NCBI RefSeq assembly: GCF_009834535.1
Contig: NC_045698.1
Location: 8,186,001 to 8,250,000, forward strand
Length of the DNA: 64,000 nucleotides
Origin: Camelus ferus
Lineage: Eukaryota
Direction of reading: 5' to 3'
The notes beneath the pieces were generated by a model. The model saw only the letters and a program-made list of their open reading frames with translations, made no database searches and was not told where the DNA came from. The position numbers were made by a program, and so were the translations under genes. Within the stretch, counting starts at the first letter, position 1, and every line of letters starts with the position of its first letter. Shown piece after piece: positions 12,906 through 25,700 of this stretch.

Positions 12906-14024
12906 TCAATTCAGTGGGGGTATGGCTTGGTGCCACTTTGTTTCCTCACTCTAAACTTATTTTTCTATGTGCAATAAGCTACTCAGTGATTCTCATGCAA
13001 TAATTAAACTAGAATTAAAAGAAGATTGGAAATAGTGGAGTAAAGAGGAAAGGAGGAACGGACAAAAGATCACCTTGTGATCACCTTTTCTGTTCTTCAC
13101 CCTTAGCAGGCAGAGCTCAGGTGACCCTGCCCTGGGCTCATTTCTGCTTTGTTCCATAAATGAAGGCATTATTCCTGGAGCATAACATACCAATCATCCT
13201 GCCCACTGCCAATCACATGCAATGTACTGTGCTGTTTCTGGATGAAAGCTCATTCGTTCTACCCCAGCTTCCTGCTCGGCAGGCTCCCGTATTCACCTCC
13301 ATCTCCATATGTCTTCTAGGAAAATTTAAAATAGTATTTTGGCTTAGACTCCTAGGGCAACACAAATGTCTTCACGGGTTCTACGTGAGTCTGAGAGACC
13401 TCATGCGACAGCACCCACTGGGTCACTGGAAGCATATTCAGTACAGTCAGACTTTCACCTGGTGGATGCGCTCCTCCCCTCCTGCTGATTCGCAGGGGAG
13501 CTATCGCGGTGCCAGTCAACTTCCAAAACATATCCCCTACCCGCCGCACCATCCCAGCTCCTGGAAACTGGTCTACTTCATGACGTCTGTCCCTTCCTTT
13601 CCATATTTATCGCAGTGGGAAACAAATCATACATTAACAAAATCACTTTCTTTCCAACATTTAACATCAGAATTTAGGAACTGAAAAGCTGGGTCAGCCC
13701 CCTCCCTTCTCGCATCTTACCATCCATCACCTGGCCGCTGTGTCTGTCCTGAATTCTCTTCCTCAGGGAAAAACGCGGATTTGAATGGGAGGCCTCACTA
13801 AACCACTGTACTGCCTGCCAAATGGAGGGAATCATTTCAAAGCTAAGGGGTGGAAATATCAACTGACACTCTTGAAATATTTAAAATTTTTCTTCCTCCA
13901 AATCATTTTTAAGATCCTTAGCCTCTATCCATTCTACACTGTAAACATCCCTTGAAACTCACTGTCTGTTATCTCTTGCCTGATGCAATAAAGGGATAAT
14001 ATAAAGTGAGTTCTCCATGCCTGG

Positions 14025-14502
14025 AGTAAAGGAGTCACTCTTCCCCTGGACAACGTACTCTCCTTGGTTAGGATCTTCTGGGCTCTCTTTCCGACTTGCC
14101 CCAATCTTGGGCTCTCATGCTCCTCTCTGTAGTCTCCTTCTAACAAGAAACCTGCTAAACCAGGTTAGCCAGAATCAGCCATACTCAAGATCTAATTACC
14201 TTTGATATCTGCTCTGGTTTCTCATACTCCGCCATTCCCCCAGGTGACATCTGATCACCTGGCCTGCATTCAGCAAGAATCCTGTTGGGTCTCTCTTACT
14301 CCTGCTATTTCAGTTTAGTCATTTTCCATCCACTGCCTGCCCCCTGCTGCTTGGCTATAAATTCCCATTGTTTCCTCGTATTTGGAGTTGAACCCCATCT
14401 CTCCTCCCTCCTACAAAACCCCACTGGGGTAGCCGCCTTGAATAAAGTCTGCCTTACTGTTCTTTAACAAGCATTATTGAATAATTGTTTTTTTCTTTAA
14501 CA
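14025..14502 (+). mobile_element. ERV1-class solo LTR (MER31-like)
   Basis: atctgatcacctggcctgcattcagcaagaatcctgtt, cttggctataaattccca (TATA), ttgaataaagtctgccttac (polyA signal), terminal tttctttaaca. Confidence 0.75.
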
Positions 14503-14596
14503 CCATCACAAACTCCTTTCTGCCCGACAGGAACATGGACAAAGTCACATGCCCTCTCTAACATCAGTCTCCTCATCTGGACAGAGATAACGTTAT

Positions 14597-15461
14597 TAGA
14601 CCCAGCTTCATGGTGGTGAGACCTGTGCCGTTGTCCAGGGCCCCAAGCTCAGAGAGTCCTAAGCTTGGTTTAGTGCTGTACCACTGCCATCATTGAATGC
14701 GTAATAAATAATTCTACCTCTGAACCCAAACTTGTTTTGCAGCGAAATCCAACACAGCATTGAAATGGGTGCCTGAGTGGAGTCCTCTCTTCCTCACTGC
14801 CTCATGCTCATGTAGCGCTTGGAATATGTGAATACCCTTCACTTGCTTTGAAGGAAGAAGGCAATGTAAATGAATAAGGTACCCAATCATAGCCTTTCTT
14901 CCTCATATCCTTCATCTAGGTCAGCCAACTATTTATGCTAAGAATAATGACCCAGATGGAAAGGGAAGTTATGTCAACCCATGGTCCTGTTTCCTTTCAG
15001 TCCTCCCTGCCTCTCCAGGAAGAGAATTCTAGTCGACTATGTGCATATTGAGAAGCAAAACAAAAATATTTGAGGTAGATTCGTTCAGTGTTTCCACTAT
15101 TTGGGTAAGAACAAAATACTTAGGTATGTACAGACTATAAAACATGAATTGCATAATTTCTGAAATTCTGCAGACAAGTTAAATGCTCTTCTATTTGCCT
15201 TTAAATCTGGCACTACGGTAATAGAAAGACAAATGGTAAATTTCATGCAAATGATTTGAAATTTTAGTTTTTCCTCACTTAAAATAAGACTAAATAGTAA
15301 ATAAAACCCATCAAGATAAGTTGAGAGACAGACCATGGAAGAAAGAAAAAAGCTTTAGTATTTTTTTAGTACTCTTAACGTCATTTCCCTTCCTGCTTTG
15401 TGAACGACAAGCTTGAAATACTCCTTTTGAAGTGGGCGTTGCAGATTACATACCAGCTCTA
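14597..15461 (+). mobile_element. hAT-Tip100 DNA transposon relic (Arthur1-like)
   Basis: Left end cagcttcatgg..gacctgtgc..cagggcccc..gcttggttt; right part agttgagagacagaccatggaagaaag...gcagattacataccagctcta. Confidence 0.7.
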
Positions 15462-15619
15462 AACATGAGCTATCCCAGCTTGCTGTCGTGGGAGTCAGTG
15501 ATAACGCCTTTGAAGGTCCCGGCACACACAGAATATCGACCAATCAATCCCCCGACTTCTCCCCCATTCACTCCACCCAACTGCCTCTCTCTTCCTCTTC
15601 ATGCCTGCAGCTTTTTCTT

Positions 15620-16035
15620 GCTCCTGTCAATTACCCGCCATGTCCCTGAAATCAGCATCCTAAAGTAGAAATCTAATCACGGCCATCTCTAGTTCAAAAG
15701 CCTTCCGTGGTCCCTCATTGTGTGTGAGACCAAACCCAAGCTCCTTGGCAGAGCATGCTTGGTCTGTGAGGACCAGCCTGGCCCACCTGGAGGGGCCAGT
15801 GTCAGCCTCCAGCCTTAGACGTCTAGGCTGGCCGAGGCCCCGCCTCCCCTGAGACCCCAGAGCAGGTCTATCGTTTTTCAGAACATGCCATGACGATTTG
15901 CATTTTCATATTGGTCTTTGCCAGACTGTCAGCCCCCAGAGGACAGAGACTGAATAGCGTTCTCATCTCCGCATTTCACAGTATGAAGCTCCGTGCCTGG
16001 TACTCATACTGATGTGTTCACAGATGGACTGAAGC
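15620..16035 (+). mobile_element. L2 3' fragments
   Basis: aaatctaatcac...caaaagccttccgtggtccctcattg; ccagactgtcagccccca...gtgcctggtactca. Confidence 0.65.
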
Positions 16036-16303
16036 ACAGTGAGTAAAAGGCTGGACTTTCGCTTCAAGTTCTAAGTGTGCCCCTTATTTGCCTGAATTTT
16101 GTCTTCCTTAAAACTGCACTATGACGAAAAGGAACTCTAACCCTTTGATTCTATGTCTGTCACTAAGCATCACTGGGATAAGTAAGCAACCTACGGAGTC
16201 AATGCTTTGATTTGTGCAACCTCAACTGGAATAAAAACATTCACTAATCAGCTGCTAAGCTATAAGTCATCCCATTTATAAAATACTTCAAGAGCACATA
16301 TTA

Positions 16304-16424
16304 GAGTTTGGGGTTTCTGAACATGAGCCACCCGTCTTCTTTGCTCAGCCCTGCAATAAACCTTTCTCTGCTCCAAAAAAACAACAACAACAACAAAAAA
16401 ACAAAAACCAGAACAACAACAACA
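16304..16424 (+). mobile_element. Retrotransposed polyadenylated 3' end of an ERV/LTR-like transcript
   Basis: 71-nt LTR-like body with AATAAA at 16355-16360; A/CAA tail 16375-16424; TSD aagagcacatatta / aaaagcgcatatta. Confidence 0.8.
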
Positions 16425-17625
16425 AAAAGCGCATATTATTTAACATTGCACCATGACAAATCCTTTTATAAAAACAATGAAACTGTAATTAAATTTTTAC
16501 ACATCTAAACAGACAAGTAACCACTTTTTTTCTTAAACTCGGTGTATATCTTGATTCAAGAGAAGGCCACAGCGGGGAAAATTTTTCCTCTGTGGGGGAG
16601 GGGTGAGGGTGATGTCCACACACATAAACAAAACCCATCCTTTTCCAACAGCACTGTTTTTTATGCCACTGTATGGTAATCTTTCCTTTTTTTAACTGTT
16701 AAATTCTGCTCCTCCTATAGACTTGAACAAACTAATTTTCCTCTCCTTAATTAAGACCACTGCCGTATTTCAGTCACTCAAGCTTCCTGTTAAATGAAAC
16801 ATTATTTTCACTTATAAATGTTCCATGATGTGTTCCTAGTGGTTGCTAATTGGGGACAATTACATGAAGATAAATCAGAACTCATCAGTGGCAGTTGTCA
16901 TTAGCACGTCTCTGTTCTGCTTCTGATGCCGATATGTTGGTTTAAGGCAATAGGGCAAATCAGGGACCCCAGAGGGAGCCGTGATGAAGCAGCTCAGGAA
17001 ATTCGCAGGCAATGAGGGCATCCTTCATTTTTAATTTGTTGGTTTAATCTGGCTGGAGAGGAGCTGACAAAATCATCACCTAATGTGCTTAATGGTCTAA
17101 AGGAAATGAGTTGGTTTAGTTCCTACTGGACCCATTTCTAAGTCATGCAAGCCCCAGATGAATGACTCTAATGAACCCGCCTCACAGAAAACGTACCATG
17201 GAAACTAGACCTTGGCGGCTTGTACATAATCTTCTAAAAGCATCAAAAAAGTGAAATGAAAGAGTCTGCAGGAAGTGGGTTATCGTGCCCCTCAAAGCGC
17301 AGGTCACTGCCAGCCTAGGAGATAATGACACCCCAGGCTGGAGGGGAGATTTTCTGCATTTTCTTTTCCTGTTCAGAATGCGATAACTAAGAACACGAAT
17401 ATAATTTTTGTTTTGATTTACTAGTTATTGGTGAGACTGAACTGCATTTCTACTACTGAAAAGTAAAGTGACAATTTTTTTACTCTTACGAGTTAATATG
17501 AAATATATATATGAAATGGAGTAAAATGTTGGAATGGAGCATATAGAATAAACCGATTCTTCCAAAGTCAGGGAAGACATACTTCTTTTGCTTTATCGTA
17601 TAAATGTTAATAGTTTAAAAATGAT

Positions 17626-18380
17626 ACCTCAAGGGTATTATGGTAAGTGAAAGACAGAGAAAGAAAAATGCCATATGATTTCATTTATATGTGGAATCTA
17701 AAAAACAGAACAAATGAACAAAGAACTAAACAGAAACAGAGTTATAGGTACAGAGAACAAACAGGTTGTTGCCTGAGGGGCGGGGGTGGTAAGGAGAGAA
17801 ACAGGTGAGGAATACTGAGAGGAACAAGCTTTTGGTTACAAGACAAATGAGTCAGGGGCGTGCCATGTACAGTGTGGGGAATGTAGTCAATAACTGTGCA
17901 ATATCTGTGTAGCGGCAGTTGGCAACTAGACTTACCATGGTGATCATTTTGAAATGTATAGAAATGTTGAATCACTATGCTGTGTACCAGGAACTAACAT
18001 AGCATTGTAGGTCAATTACATTTCAAAAACAAATGAACAAACAAACTCATAGAAAAAGTGATCAGATTTGCAGCTACCACAGGTGGGGGTATGATGTAGG
18101 GAAACTGGACGAAGGCAGTTAAAAGGTACAAACATGATAAATATAATTAAAACTACTATACAATACATATGAAAACTCAAGAGAGCAAATCCTAAGGGTT
18201 CTTACCATGAGGACAAATTTATTTTTTTACTATTTCTTTGATTTTGTATCTATATGAGATGATAGATGTTCACTAAATTTATTGTGGTCATTATTTCATG
18301 ATGTATGTAAGTCAAATCTTGACGCTGTAGTCCTTGTGCAGTGCTGTTTATCAACCATCAATAAAATTGGAAGAAAAATA
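17626..18380 (+). mobile_element. L1 3'UTR (L1MA9-like, laurasiatherian)
   Basis: atttatatgtggaatctaaaaaac...ggtgatcattttgaaatgtatagaa...atgtatgtaagtcaaatc...aataaaattggaagaaaa; same family as 42183-42815. Confidence 0.85.
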
Positions 18381-19409
18381 AATAATTACGTAGGTAAGAA
18401 CAATTTGATTTTTTTAAAGTCTTAAGGTCAAAACAAAAATAAAAATAAGAATTCCTTTCCTTTGTCCTTTTTGACCTTCAAGATAGAGGTGAAGACCAAA
18501 AAACTCCCCTGAACTTGGAATTTTATACACTACCCTGGGAAGTGATTCAGTTTTCCCCATGGTGACTAGACGAGCTAGACTCAGAGTGTCAATTTAGTAA
18601 ACTGATGAAAGGAGGTGTTTCTTTATTCTGCCGTCATATACCTAGACTTCCTTTCCCCTGACTGTCGACTTACAACCTCCTGTGCACACACACAGACACA
18701 CCTCCCACTAACATCATCGCCAACAGCAACAAGATTCTTTTTGTCCAAATTTGGAAGCTGGAATGGTACTTTGTGTCAGGGAATAGAGAACAGAAGTGCC
18801 AGCATTTAACCTTAAAGTCAACATAAGGAAAATGTCCAGTTTATATAAAATAAACTAAGCTTAGGGGTCATACTTCATAGCTCCCCTTTCTCCTGCTTTT
18901 CAGAGATCCAATAAAGATCTAGCCTGTTGTGTCAAAAATTTAAGCTGTGTATTTCTAAGGGGTGGACCAGTTCAACATGCCTGGGTCCTCAGAAGGTATC
19001 ATCACTGAGGGAAAAAATAAAAGCATATACTCCCTCCTGAGAATCTGTCAGTAGAGATATCTTTACACAAAATAAGGTAGTATCAGGTAGCTCTTCTTTA
19101 CTGAGGTTGTGTCATTCAGTAGAGGACTTTCATGAAGTTTCTTCATCTTCTTCCCGAGCCCTCTGCTGGTGGAGGAGTCACGTTGCTGCCATGCCCCAAG
19201 CCTGTGTTCTCCACGATGAGGTGGAAGATGACAATCTTGAGGGGTTCAGCTAAAACCATAGTAAGTCCACAGAGAGGTCAGAAAATCAACCCACAGCTTT
19301 CAGACTAACACTTTCCAGCTCCAATGAAGCAGCTGATCCTGGCTAAACAAGTCCAGTTAAGCTGGACACACCTGAGTTGGGAATGCGAGTGGTGAATTAA
19401 AGTCAGCTG

Positions 19410-19916
19410 CAGATTCTTTCCACTGCCTCCACTGAATCCACTGAGGAGTGACATCTATTCCCCACCCACTGCCCCTTGATTCTGAGCTGGTCCTGACTTG
19501 CTTAGACCACCAAAACGCAGCAGAAGTGACGCTCTGTAGCCTTCTGACTTCTCAGAGATAAACAGCTGAGATCCCCTCATGACAGAATATTCCTTTTGGA
19601 AGCCAGCCTCTACATAAGAGGTTTGACTGTCTGGTAGCAACCATGATGCGAAGAAGCCCAGGGTAGCCACGTGGAAACAGAGGGGGCACAAGAAGGAGCA
19701 CGGGGGTGCCAGACGCATGGTGAAAGGGAGGTACTCCTTGGACTTTCCTTCTGAGCCCAGACAGGACAGCAGATGACCTCAGTTCCCGCCACACGCAAGA
19801 GAAGACCTAGTTAGATGAGCCCCGCCCAGATTCCCTACCCACAGGTAAAATGGGATTTGATGTTAAAGCCACCAGGATTTGGGTTAGTTTATTAAAGGCA
19901 ACAGGTAACCAAAACA
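19410..19916 (+). mobile_element. MaLR LTR (MLT1G/H-like)
   Basis: tgacttgcttagaccaccaaaacgcagcagaagtgacg; gaagcccagggtagccacgtgg; end ggcaacaggtaaccaaaaca. Confidence 0.75.
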
Positions 19917-21059
19917 ATGTGCCTAGCACAGAACAATCCTTGGTAGCCAACAGTAGTAAAGAATACTGCTCTCATGAGTGATTTTATAATTTACAAGGGA
20001 TAATGGATTTCTGCATTTTGTTTTGAAGAGAAAAATACTTGCAGAAATATAGAGTTCAGCATTTAACTATCTGCTTCATTGTATCCTGAGTAAATCCGTC
20101 TCCTACATTACTCAATTTCACAATGAATTAAAGTGAATACACACTAGATGTACCCATACGATAAGTATCTGGGCTTGAGATTTTAAAAAATGTAAAACAC
20201 TCAAGGCCTGTTACCATGAGGAAAACTACAGCGTGAAATGGAAATGATGTCTAAAATTAGAAATTAATAGTGAATAACATACAAAGTGTTGTAACTTGGC
20301 TGACATGGGGCACATGACCACACAGACTAGGGGGAAAAAAAAGTGAAATTCACCAGGGAAGCTATCTGGGCAGAAATGTGGTTTAAACCAGATCTTGGGG
20401 GGGAAAAAAAAAGGATAGGCTAAAATTAGACGGGAGAGTAGAGGGGAACTTCAAGGGAGTATTGACGTGGCAGATTTCCAATATGAGCTAAAGATGAAAG
20501 AAAAATAAAAATCAATAACTTATTTAAGTCCGTTTAATGTTTCTTGACAACACCCTAGCTCAGCTCTGCAGAATGTAATTCAACCTGGGAAATATTTCTT
20601 CTAAAGCTATTGCAGTTGTGAAAGGGAAGCGTGGGAGGAGACTGGCCATTTCAACTGAGCGCTGATGTTTGGGGTCTATGAGAAGGAGAAAGAGTGTGGG
20701 AACATGAACCAAATAAAATGACAAGCAGAAACAAACAAAAACCCCAACCAACCAACCAACCAACAAATACAAACAAACACACAAAGGACTAAGGAATTAC
20801 TAGACGGGCACCTTTAGGCTAATTACTGTTATTCTGTGTGTGTTTGTATATATTTTGCAACAGCAAACTTTTTACTATTTTAGGTGTCTCAGAAAGAAGG
20901 GGGTTAAAGTTAGTTATGTAATGAAATTTTATAGGAAAAACTGCTGTAAAAAAAAAAAAGAAGAAAGTGTGGGTGTATTTTCCCTGCATCAAATTTTTCA
21001 TAGTTTTAAGATTTAAGACTGCTATACTAGCAGTAAATATGTACAGTAAAATTATCTAC

Positions 21060-22095
21060 AATAAAATTTTAAAATGCTCAATACAATTGGTCACAAGGGA
21101 AGTGCAAAATAAAACCCAAATGAGATACTGCTTCTTACCACTTGTATGGCTACTTTTAAAATACTGACACTGCCAAATGTTGGCAAGGCTGTGAAGCAAC
21201 TGAAACTCTGATACATTTTTGTGGGTAGTTTCTCATAGAACTAAATATACACCTACCCAATGACCCAGAGATTCCAATCCTAGAGTTTTTTCCCCTGAGA
21301 AACAGAAAACATATATATACAAAAAAGATTTGTATGAGAGTGTTCTTGGCAACTTTATTTATAATGGCCCCAAATTGGAAAGAGCCCAGATGCTCAACAA
21401 CAGAAGAATGGATAAATGATTTGTGGTCCATTTATACAGTGGAAGGCTGATAAGTAATGAAAGGGAAAGAAATACTGACACCGATAGCAGCATGGATGAC
21501 TCCAAAAGCTTCAAGCTTAATAAAAGAAGATTTAGGCAAAATAACACATACCCTTGGTTCCAACAGGCAAAACTAACTGATGGCAGGAAACCAAAAAAAC
21601 AGAGCAGTGGATGCCTTTGAAAGAGTGGAGTAGGGGTTTACTGGGGAGGGGTATGAATCAACTTCCTGGGGTGACGGACGATGTCTACATCCTGACGGAG
21701 GCTTGGGTCGCACATCTGTGTTATTTATAAAAACTTGATGAATGGTACACTTAAAATTTGTGCATTTCCTTGCACATAAATGGTACTTCAAAGGAAAAAA
21801 ATAGAAGCTGGAAATGAATATTAAATTCTAGTTGTTGATATCCATGCTGAACTATTTTGGGGGAAATATACTTAGGTCTGTGATTTTTTTTTGAAATGAA
21901 TCTACAATAGCATTTGTTATATAACAAACAGCATTTGAATAGAGAGAAGGGTAGATGAATACATGGGTAATAAATCAAACATATCAAACTGTTAGTGGTA
22001 GGATGTAAGTGGTGGGTTTATGGATGATCACTGTAAAAGTCATTCAACTATTCTGTATGCTTAATTTTTTTTCCTAATTAAATGTTGGAAAACAA
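21060..22095 (+). mobile_element. Ancient L1 3' fragments (L1ME/L1MC-like)
   Basis: gggaagtgcaaaataaaacccaaatgagatac, gcaactttatttataatggccccaaattggaaa, tacacttaaaatttgtgcatttc. Confidence 0.75.
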
Positions 22096-22186
22096 TTGGG
22101 AAAAAATGCATCAAATAGTCCTGGCTCAAATATGTGTGGTACATCTGGAAGAAAAAAGCAAATTCTCCAAGTAAAGAACATATCTA

Positions 22187-22392
22187 CAAATTACTATATA
22201 TAAAATGGATAAACAAGGACCAGCTGTAGAGTATAGGGAACTGTATTCAGTTTCTTATAATAACATATAATGAAAAAGAATCTGAAGAGAAAATATACAT
22301 ATGTATGTATATATATAACTGAATCGCTTTGCTGTACACCTGAAACTAACATTGTAAATCAACTACACTTCAATAAAAAATAAAATTTAAAA
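22187..22392 (+). mobile_element. Short L1 3' end
   Basis: Same tail as the other young L1s; TSD aaagaacatatcta (22173-22186) / aaagagcatatcta (22393-22406). Confidence 0.9.
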
Positions 22393-22596
22393 AAAGAGCA
22401 TATCTAATTAATCTAACTGGACAACTCTGTAGAAAAACAGCACGCACCAGTGATACGCACACCCACAATCATCGACAACATGCTTGAAATGGTTTCTCCC
22501 CAGTCCTACTCCAATTAAAATATTCTAATTTACTGCAGAAATATCGGAGCTACTGAGGGTTAGGAGAAGGATGTCTGTTTTGGTTGGTAGTCTATT

Positions 22597-22792
22597 CAGG
22601 GATAAAGGGCTGATGTTTTAGGCTCTCTGGGCCAAAGGTCTGCATGGCAGTGACCAGACTCAAGTGTTGCAGTGCAGACGCCACCACAGACAGCACCTAA
22701 ACAGATGGGCGTGGCTGTGGTCCCGAAAACTTTATTTACAAAACAGGCAGCAGGCCGGATTTGGCCTTCGGGCTGCAGTTTGCCAACTCTTG
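22597..22792 (+). mobile_element. MER58A-like hAT-Charlie element
   Basis: gggcgtggctgtggtccc..aaaactttatttacaaaacaggcagcaggccggatttggcc..gcagtttgccaactcttg. Confidence 0.85.
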
Positions 22793-23389
22793 TTCTATTT
22801 GAAGAGCATTCATAACTGAATTACTCTGCAACCTCTCTGCACAGATTTTATAGTATTTATAATACATTCAACTAGTATGTCACCTTATTTATTTAATAAG
22901 TAACTAGTATGTCAACTTTATTTATTTATTTTTATTTTTTCCAGTCTTCTAATTCAAATAACTTTAGGGACACGGTTCTATTATCTGACAAGGCTTTCAC
23001 AGGACATTTTTCTGGTTGGGTGTGCTTTGGAGGACCAGGGCTTGCTTTCCAGTTCACAGGGTGCCAAATGTTCACATCTCCCGGTTCCCTGAGTGCACAC
23101 TAGTTTTATTATTTATGCATAATGAAATAACAGTTTTGAATATAATGAGGAGTGTTGAGAGACTTGGAGTGGGGGAAAGAAGATCTGTCTGGATAGAGTT
23201 AAGTGCCTTCAAGGACTCGTCCCTGCAGGCGAGGGCTGACTCTCCCTCCTTACTGGGCCCCTAGCCGGTGCTGGCGAGTGAGCAGGGACAACTAGCTTCT
23301 CTCAACACAGTTCCTGCCCTTTGGGAACTTACACTATGGGTTAACCTGTGGGAATAGGACAATGGCCCACAGGTGAACAGACGAAAAAT

Positions 23390-23530
23390 TCATCCATTAT
23401 AAAGACCTTCCTATAATGAGATATATCTGAGTTGAGTGTAATACTTGGAGACAGAGGAAGCGCACCATCCCTGGAAGTAATTAAGGGGAAGCAAATGATC
23501 CCCAGTCAGGCTGCCGATTAGAACAACGCC
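23390..23530 (+). mobile_element. CR1/L3-like fragment
   Basis: taaagaccttcctataatgaga...accatccctggaagtaattaag resembles the L3 3' region. Confidence 0.45.
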
Positions 23531-23979
23531 TCAGTTAGAAGGACTAAGTCCAGAACCTGACACAGAAGGTCACTATTTACAAATATAATTTGTTACCAGA
23601 AGAGAGAAACTATTAGACTGAACAGAGCCTTGTTACTCGTTGTGCACAATATTTTAAAACATTTTTATCTGTGTCAACTTTTTCTCTACCTAAAATTCAG
23701 CAGGCTGAAATGATCAGTCTATTTCCAAAGATGTTCATTAAATTTTCCTTAGGTTTGACTGATTTATAAAAAAGAGTGAAACATTTGTAAGCCGTCTCCC
23801 CCTCTATCTCAAATTAGGGGTTAAAGCAGGATATTTTATTTAGAAAATATAACAAATTTCATCCTTTCAGCTTTTGCTAACATTTTCAAAATGACACAAA
23901 TGAGACCAGTTGCTCTTAATCTCTTTTAGTTTCCTGATTTTGATTCCCTTATGAATCAAAAAGTAAAAGTAATGGAAAT

Positions 23980-24179
23980 ATATAAAATAGATAAACAACA
24001 AGGTCCTACTGGAAACTATACTCAATACTTTGTAGTAACCTATAATGAAAAAGAACGTGAAAAGGAATATATATATTATATATATATATATAATATATAT
24101 ATATATATGTATAACTGAATCACCATGCTGTACAACAGAAATTAACACAACATTGTAAACAGACTATACTTCACTAAAA
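23980..24179 (+). mobile_element. Short L1 3' end with internal (TA)n
   Basis: Perfect 15-bp TSD aaaagtaatggaaat at 23965-23979 and 24180-24194. Confidence 0.92.
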
Positions 24180-25604
24180 AAAAGTAATGGAAATTCAATA
24201 ACTATAACACCTCAATTAACTGACATTGTCTTTTCTTTGTTAGTTCATTTGTCATGCCTTAAACTGTTAATTTACAAGTGAAAAATCATGGGTACCTAAA
24301 ACCTACCCATGTTTGAAGCCATTCATTCTCCTAATAATTTGAAATAAACTCGCCATTTGAAAAAAATATTCTGGAGTACCAACTGGAAATACTGAAGCGC
24401 TCTAAAAACTCAATAATGCACTTGTCGATATTTGCAAGTGCAAAATTTACTGAATTATTATTAGGCATTTTAGCCCTTTTAAGACTGAGCCAATTAAACT
24501 GCTCCCTTATGTTTCTTTCATAGAACTCTGAAGTTCAGGACAGCAGTTCTTGACTCCTTGGACAAGAAATCAAGTTGGATGTAGAGATGTGTGACTTTCT
24601 CCCGAGAGAGTATTTACCGAAGAGGGAACACGTAAGAGTTCAGACCTGCTGGCATCATTTTAACAAGCCTCCTCGGGGCCCGTCCCTGTACCAGGCCCCG
24701 GAGGGAAAGACAACAAACAGCACTCCTTCCCTCACGGTGCTTGCGATTCAGCAGCAAGAACCAGCTTGGTGGCCCCACGTCTAGGTTATGCCAGCACCAG
24801 AAGCCAGTGTCGGGAAGGATTGCGTGTGAAGGAGGAAACAGCAGAAACGTCAAAGGAGAGATGGCGTGGGAGCCGGAAAGCAATGAGGGAGATTTTTGAT
24901 GAACAGAGAGTGGGAGTGTGATTACAGCTGCGACTGGGGGCAGTGAGGGACAGAGCACGTTGGGATAAACAAAGACCTGTGTGTCAACCTGAAGGGTAAG
25001 TGTGGGGTACAGACAACATCCCGGTGTCCCTGGAGCAAAGGAGGTGACTTCGAGAAGGAAAAGAAGGGTGTAATAGGAGATGGCCCCAGATAAGACATTG
25101 GAGCCAGTTTGTGAGAAACCCCAAATGCCAATATTTGGCATTTATTCTGCCATGGAAAGTTCTGAGCAATAGAATGGACTGCTTAAAGAAGATGGTGGGA
25201 AGAATTTCCCACAAGCACCTTCACACAGGCATCACCAGCTTAGGGGTGGCTGGGCTTCGTCTGAGGTACTGGACCTCAAAATCAGTACCTGTGTGGCTCA
25301 CGGCAGATTCAGGATAGGTTGTTCCACGGTGTCTCAACTTAGCAATCTCAGGGTGTGTGTGCGGTATGTGCGGCAACACAGGGGGAGACTCCGTAGTCTG
25401 ACCGTAGTGATGGTGATGAGTTTTGGTTGGGGAGGAAGGTTAAGTGGATCTCAAAGATACACAAAAGTAGCCGGCTGCTTAATGCCGGGCTGGGTGTACA
25501 AAACTGGGAGACCCTCACCTTCAAAGGGCCTGCAGTACCAGGACAGTAAAGGCATCCCGTAGCGAATACACAATTACCAGAGTACATGCACTCATGTGTT
25601 CTTT

Positions 25605-25700
25605 TTTCACTTCATTCATTCATTCAGTCAACAAACGTGGTCCATAATGCACCAGGTGCTTTTGGAGGCCAAGGATTCAACGACGAACAGACAAGGAGGT
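25605..25700 (-). mobile_element. L2 3' end
   Basis: ttcattcattcattcagtcaacaaac...caccaggtgct...ggattcaacgacgaacagaca. Confidence 0.7.

Noticed and set aside
13160..13684. 174-aa ORF
   Set aside because: No recognisable protein, appears to overlap MIR-like sequence, and has no gene context.
24614..25141. 175-aa minus-strand ORF
   Set aside because: Lies over decayed L2-like sequence and resembles neither delta-catenin nor any family I recognise.
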